A stretch of DNA of 63,999 nt, counting the filler, from Dirinaria sp. TL-2023a (lineage: Eukaryota): the NCBI GenBank assembly GCA_051941275.1. It is 6 parts of 6 records of this genome, joined end to end, with 100 filler letters (N's around TTAATTAATTAA, not from the genome) between each part and the next. Parts side by side here need not be neighbours in the genome. Positions count along the whole stretch, not along the records: positions 54,606 to 63,999 come from JAVEBF010001062.1; 5 more parts are not named here. One strand, written 5' to 3'. Numbering within the stretch: the stretch's first letter is position 1; each line of letters begins with the position of its first letter. The notes below the pieces were generated by a model, which worked only from the letters and a program-made list of their open reading frames with translations, was not told the origin of the DNA and did no database searches. The position numbers and the translations under genes were made by a program. Shown here piece by piece: positions 58,568-63,999 of the stretch.

Positions 58568-60591
58568 ATGTACGCTGACGAAAAAGTAACACAAGACACG
58601 ATCAAAAGCCGCGACAGCTCGAGCGAAGAGAATGCGCCAATTGTGGATCTTGACAATGACCCTGTGTACTCGTACGCAGAGCAAAGATCCATCATCCACC
58701 GCATCGACCGAAGGCTTGTCACGACATGCGGGTTTCTCTACTGCTTCTCGATCATCGATCGAGGCAATCTCGCGAGCGCGTCAATTGCAGGGTGAGTTCT
58801 TCTATTATTCCGACACCAATTTGAGGGTCTCAAGATTACTGTATAATATGCTGACCCTGTTGTTTACCGTACTTAGCATGACTGAAGGTCTTGCTCTGAA
58901 CGTCGGGTTTCGATATGTAAGTCGCTAAAGAGGGAGGTTGGGCACCGAGAACGCTTATCGTTGGACACAGTCAAGTGTTATACTGGTTTTCTATGCAACC
59001 TACGTGTTCTTTCAACCTCTCGCAGCGATCTTGGTCCGCAAGTTAGGTCCGCGGATCTTCATGCCATTGATATCTTTCGGCTGGGGGGCGACGATGATTG
59101 TACGAAATGTTCTTCCTCCAAGAGTTCGTAATGACTCATTGACATTTAGGGGTTTGGCTTCGTCCACAGCTGGGCTGATATGCTTGGTCTTCGGATCGTG
59201 CTTGGGATGTTTGAAGCCGGGATTTTCCCAAGTATCGCATATCTACTTGCAACGTGGTATTCTCGATGTAAGTGAAACAGCCTAGCACTTCAATGATGGA
59301 TCTGAGAAATGCTTTCAGATGACGTTGGCAAGCGTTTCTCGGGCTTCATCATTATCAGCTGTGCTGCGAATGCGTTTGGGGTATTCTTGCATATGGTTTG
59401 ATGCAGATGGATGGTCTTTCCGGCGAGTCTGGCTGGCGGTGGATCTTCATCATGGAGGGCATCGTAGGTTTTCTCCCGCCTGTTCCAATCTTTTACGTAC
59501 CTGACAAGCGCTTAACCTTCTTAAAGTTCACCTGCATAGTTGCTGTCATTGCATATTTCTCTCTTGTAGATTTCCCTGAGAAAGCACCGCGATCGTGGAA
59601 ATTTTTGTCCAAGGAGGAGAGCGACTTTGTCGTTCGACGAATCAACAGAGATCGGGATGATGCGCTCCCTGAGCCTTTCACACTCAAGCGCTTCTTGAAA
59701 CCTGCCTCAGACTTCAAACTCTGGGTCTTGGCTTTGATGGATTTGTAAGTCCTAAACCCTTCTTCTCAACTTGGTCAATCACATCATGACTTGCGGTTCC
59801 CGCGTTCTAACCTTGTAGCAGCTTCATTGTCACTGTGCCCACCTCCATCACGGTTTTCCTGCCCATCATTCTAAAGAACGGTATGGGCTTTAGCATTGCA
59901 GCGTCGCAGTGCCTGACTGCTCCTCCCGTACGTAGCAACATCTCCGCTTCCTCACAAAAGCCGCTTTCTGCACTAAAACAGGCGAGATCCTAACGGGCGC
60001 CCTCCCACACTCACTGACAGACTGCGTGCACAGTTCGGTTTTGCGGTAATAGTCATCTATCTGTCCGCCTACCTCGGAGATCGTTACCACCTCCGTGGAC
60101 CTATCTTGATCGTCAACGCGCTCATTGCCCTTATTGGCCTGCCGCTGATGGGGTTCGCGGCCTCCAGCGCTGTGCGCTATTTTGGGGTTTTCCTCGTTAC
60201 AGCCAGTACGAATGCCAATATTCCTGTAGCGCTGGCATACCAAGCGAATAATGTTCGCGGCCAATGGAAGCGATGCTTTTGCAGCGCGCTGTTTGTGGCT
60301 TTTGGGAGTATGGGCGGGATTAGTGGGGGGACCATCTTCAGGTCGCAGGATGCGCCGAGATATGTTCCTGGTATCTGTGGGGCTATTGCGTAAGTCTTGC
60401 GGCTATTGCTTCACTTGCGAATGTGGTTTCCATGAAAGGGACGTCGCTAACCGGCATGATTGGATAGGTGCAATTGCCTGGTTATCGTTTGCGTAATTGG
60501 GCTCAGCGGATATTTCATAAGAGCGAACAGACAAGCTGACAGGGGGCAAAGGATCATCGAAGGTTTGGAATCATTCAGGTATACATTGTAG
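58568..60591 (+). CDS. MFS transporter, anion:cation symporter family (allantoate/nicotinate permease-like), many introns
   Basis: IIHRIDRRL...IDRGNL, LVRKLGPR, GMFEAGIFP, GWRWIFIMEGI, LVDFPEKA, YQANNVRGQWKR, FRSQDAPRY, C-terminal FRYTL*. Confidence 0.93.
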
Positions 60592-62430
60592 ATTTGTTTC
60601 GTTATATCGAGAGACCAGGTATAGTTTTATTTGTTAACAGTCCGATTGGGGTCAATAATATAACAAAGTTATCTGTTCTAGCGCCTTAGCTGAGGCAGTC
60701 TGTGCAAGGAATGTAGCTGAATGACAGCATGTCAAACGTAAATGATTTCTTACTGTCTGCTTCGATTCGGCTTCATGGAAACGCCCAGCTTTTATCTTCG
60801 TGCCTTTATCGTCTTCCGCTTGCAGGGAGTATTGTATGCTCATGTCACATTCAGTGTCTTGGTCCATATGGCTGTGTAGAATTCGCGAAAACGATTCACC
60901 ATATACGTGATTAGAAGCCGTATCATTTTGGCCATATCATCCACTTTGATTAAGTTCTCTTGGTCTTTGCTTGAGCGGCAACCTATATGGCTGGCTGTGC
61001 AGTGGCATCAGCTGAAGGATAAATCATAAGTGGTAAATGGTATCTTCCGTTTGGTTTGGAGATCCTCCTAGACGGGTGAGCCCTCTACATTCGTTGGACT
61101 GTCATCTTATCCATGCAGCGAGCAACAGGAGGTCTCAACATTTTCAGTTTCGTTCGTGGGGCCGCCTTGCCTTGGATTGCCGAAAGTGACTTCGAAGAGT
61201 ATTTTGAACGGCTACTTGCGAAATACAAGCTCCTTTTCTGCAAAATAGTTGAGAACACATGATACATGGGATCACGCATCATCGAGAATCAGCATGGAGC
61301 TGAAGAAAGATGAGACGAGTAGCCTACCTACTAAGTTCTCTCGAACTAAAGGGGCGGCCATGTGCAACTACAAAGTAACTACAATATTTTTTAGGGGTAG
61401 TCAGCTTCGTGTACTTAGCTCTCTTAAAGCATGATTGGGGCGGCCTTGGGCTAGGGGCAGATGAGAGCTTTTCTACTTACCTACAGTTCAAACACATGAA
61501 TAAGACATGACGTTCAGGGAGTGTTCTGTACCTTACCTTAAGGTAGATAGCTAACCCTAACCCTATAATCAAGCCTGAACCCTCCACAGGAAATCGATCA
61601 AATGCAAAGCTTGGCGATATCTCCACGTAACCACCTTCCTACATAACATATGTACAGTATGATGCTTTGAAGCAAGTATCGCAGTCAGTCTGGCTCGAAT
61701 TGTGCCTGCTTCAAATGCATACTGTACTCGCCCCCACCGGCTTCATTGAAGGATCTTCGGCACTTTGAAACAGTTTCGCGGCTGGCCTGCTAGTGCAAAG
61801 GAAAGTTCCCGTCATGTTTGACGGATGGACTGAGCGTAGGTAGATCTCGTCTGAGATTCTCTGGTCTCCATTTCTCGAGCCTCTCCATTATTGCTGTGTT
61901 TAGCTTTCCCATCTCGAATGCAACATAATTCGGCCTGGTTGTGTATGCAGCAGACCTTCAAATTTCCTTTCCTGCAGGAAACAATCAAGTCCAGTATGTA
62001 CTCGTGCAAATCCCTAGCAGTGCGGCTGGATCACTCGTTTCATGTCATGCTACCTACCTTACTTTCCATGCCGCACCTCCAGCCGGGAATCCCAGGCCAT
62101 CTTTCCAAGGTAGTGAGGCTCACGCTTGAGCTAAAAGAAGTAACCACTGTCTCAGTCCCTGACTCAGGTACTATCTCCGTCTCGCTTCATGTTTTGCTCC
62201 CTCCCGCGTTTTGTGGTGTGTGCATGAAGGTTTCGAAGACTACTTATGTAGGTCAAATGGGCCCTAGTAGCATGCATCTCCTACACGTGAGAATTCTTTT
62301 GCAGTTCTGATTGAAGTGCACTTTTTCTTTTGGCAAACAATCATTTCACGACTCAATAAGAGACTTTCCCTGCATCTCAACTCCACACACATTCATTTAT
62401 TGAGCCCTCGTGGGCTGCGATTTATCAATC

Positions 62431-63408
62431 ATGTATCCCCTCACCAATATTCTCCTCTTCGCCCTCACAGTTTCAGCAAGATGTACTCGTCGAGAAGCAT
62501 CAAACGCGCAACAACAGTCGCCGGAAAAACTGGCCCTTCTCCCCGCGAACAATAACTTAACAACACCACCGTCTCTAAACAACGAGGGAGGAGCAGGTTC
62601 TCCGACCCCCACAACGACCGCCTCCAACTCCAGCGGCGCGGTGGGTTGCCCTCCTCTAATGAAAGCCGTAGCCTTCAACGGCGGCATGAACGCCGGGATG
62701 TTCGACACCATCGCCGCAGCCCAAGACTGGCTCACATTCAGCCCCAGCATTCCGGGGCCCCCCGCATCCCCTCACGCAGCCGCCGGTTTCGTGCCGATGA
62801 TGGCCTTCGCATCCGACGTGCCAACAGCCATAAACCTGATCAACAGTCCCAACCCTCCAGCATGGCTCCTCACCTTCAACGAGCCCGACTACTCCTACAT
62901 GGGCTCGACGCCCACCATGTCGCCCTCAGAAGCAGCCTCGGCAATCGCGCCCCTGATCTCCGCCGCCGCAGGGAAACAAACGACCAAATTGGTCGCGCCC
63001 GTGACGGCCGACCCGATGAATCCCTGGCTGGACCAATTCTACGCTGCGTGCAACTGTAAAGCGTTTTTCTCCGCGTACAATATCCATCAGTACCACCCTA
63101 CCTCGGCGGAGGTGATCGACAACATCAATTCCTTCCGGGCCAAGTTCTCCGACAAGCCGCTGTGGGTGACGGAGGTGGCGCCCGGAGGATCGGGTTGCAC
63201 GACGAGCTGGGACGAAGCCGGGCAGTTCATGAAGGAGATCTATGCTTTCGCCAAGGGTTCGGGGTTCATCGATCGCGTGTTCTGGAATACGGGGAATGAG
63301 ATCGGCGGCGGGGATCAGAATGTGTGTAATTCGTATCTGCTGGACACGAGCGGGAACCCGAGCCCGTTGCTGCCCATGTATCAGGCGATTGATTGTTCGT
63401 CGTCTTGA
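62431..63408 (+). CDS. Secreted GH128 (Asl1-like) beta-1,3-glucanase
   Basis: Signal peptide, VPMM, catalytic LLTFNEPD and PLWVTEVA, NIHQY, IDRVFW. Confidence 0.9.
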   Translation: MYPLTNILLFALTVSARCTRREASNAQQQSPEKLALLPANNNLTTPPSLNNEGGAGSPTPTTTASNSSGAVGCPPLMKAVAFNGGMNAGMFDTIAAAQDWLTFSPSIPGPPASPHAAAGFVPMMAFASDVPTAINLINSPNPPAWLLTFNEPDYSYMGSTPTMSPSEAASAIAPLISAAAGKQTTKLVAPVTADPMNPWLDQFYAACNCKAFFSAYNIHQYHPTSAEVIDNINSFRAKFSDKPLWVTEVAPGGSGCTTSWDEAGQFMKEIYAFAKGSGFIDRVFWNTGNEIGGGDQNVCNSYLLDTSGNPSPLLPMYQAIDCSSS

Positions 63409-63999
63409 ACCTACATTGTAAGATTACATAGAAGACAGAATATTCTTAATCAGGGAACCCCCTTATTTCGTATATAATTGTATACTATCTTCGCTATGCA
63501 TACATACCCTAAGGCACCCCAAAACCACTCACCAAGGTGTATCGCCTCCCTCCTTCGTTCAAAAAAAAAATTTTTTTTTTTTTTTTCACATATCCAATCT
63601 CCCAAAAGAAAGCCAAAACCAAAAAGACATCGATCATCCCACATCACTATCACCGCTAGTGTAAAAACCTTACTATTACAAACAGCCCATCTAGCTCCAT
63701 ACCCAATCCTCCCCCCGGCAAAAAAAACCCAAAAAAAAAAAAGCGTCCTAATCCCTGTCCTCGCACACAGCCCTCGAGAAATAAGAAACCAACCTCGTCC
63801 TCATACCCCAACAACAACAAACCCGTTAAGGTACTCAGTATCCCAATAATACGTCCTCCTGTTAGAAACCGAGATTAACAATTAAAAAAAAAAAAAGACC
63901 TTTTTTCTAAGCAAACTTATCTCTACCTGAATACCTAAGGTAAGAGGTACCCACCACCTCCAATACAAAGAAACAATAAGCTCATTCCTCTTCCCCTTC

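Noticed and set aside
1..63999. A single gene cluster or Starship-like element spanning the window
   Set aside because: The contigs are artificially joined, and no tyrosine-recombinase captain, PKS or NRPS is present.

Overview
Filamentous ascomycete genomic DNA with spliced genes and GT-AG introns carrying CTRAC-type branch points. Gene families and mutation pattern suggest a lichen-forming lecanoromycete, but that is inference. The window is not one locus. It is six contigs joined by artificial 100-nt N44-TTAATTAATTAA-N44 linkers and sorted by decreasing length, so gene order across linkers carries no information. Contig 1: GH18 chitinase, TPR/F-box/LRR (Pof3/Dia2-like) gene, CTNNBL1, a NUDIX hydrolase, and a 54-bp tandem array ahead of a Cys-rich F-box-like gene. 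Contig 2: RidA/Mmf1, a hypermutated pseudogene, a large membrane glycoprotein, a small secreted protein and an acidic repeat orphan. Contig 3: aldo-keto reductase fragment, an orphan, a MULE-like remnant and a HeLo-like/RING-like/BAG-like chimaera. Contig 4: RIP-like duplicated DNA, a secreted protein with an HNH-like motif, DUF4246, a Mid2-like protein and a cupin. Contig 5: PTH11-like receptor, GMC oxidoreductase, and an 80-bp array abutting an FAD oxidoreductase. Contig 6: a pseudogene, an MFS transporter and a GH128 glucanase. Best leads: the secreted HNH-like putative nuclease effector, the HeLo-like/RING/BAG fusion, the two degenerate tandem arrays directly in front of start codons, and CC/GG-biased RIP-like mutation. 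All domain calls come from motif recognition by eye, not database searches.
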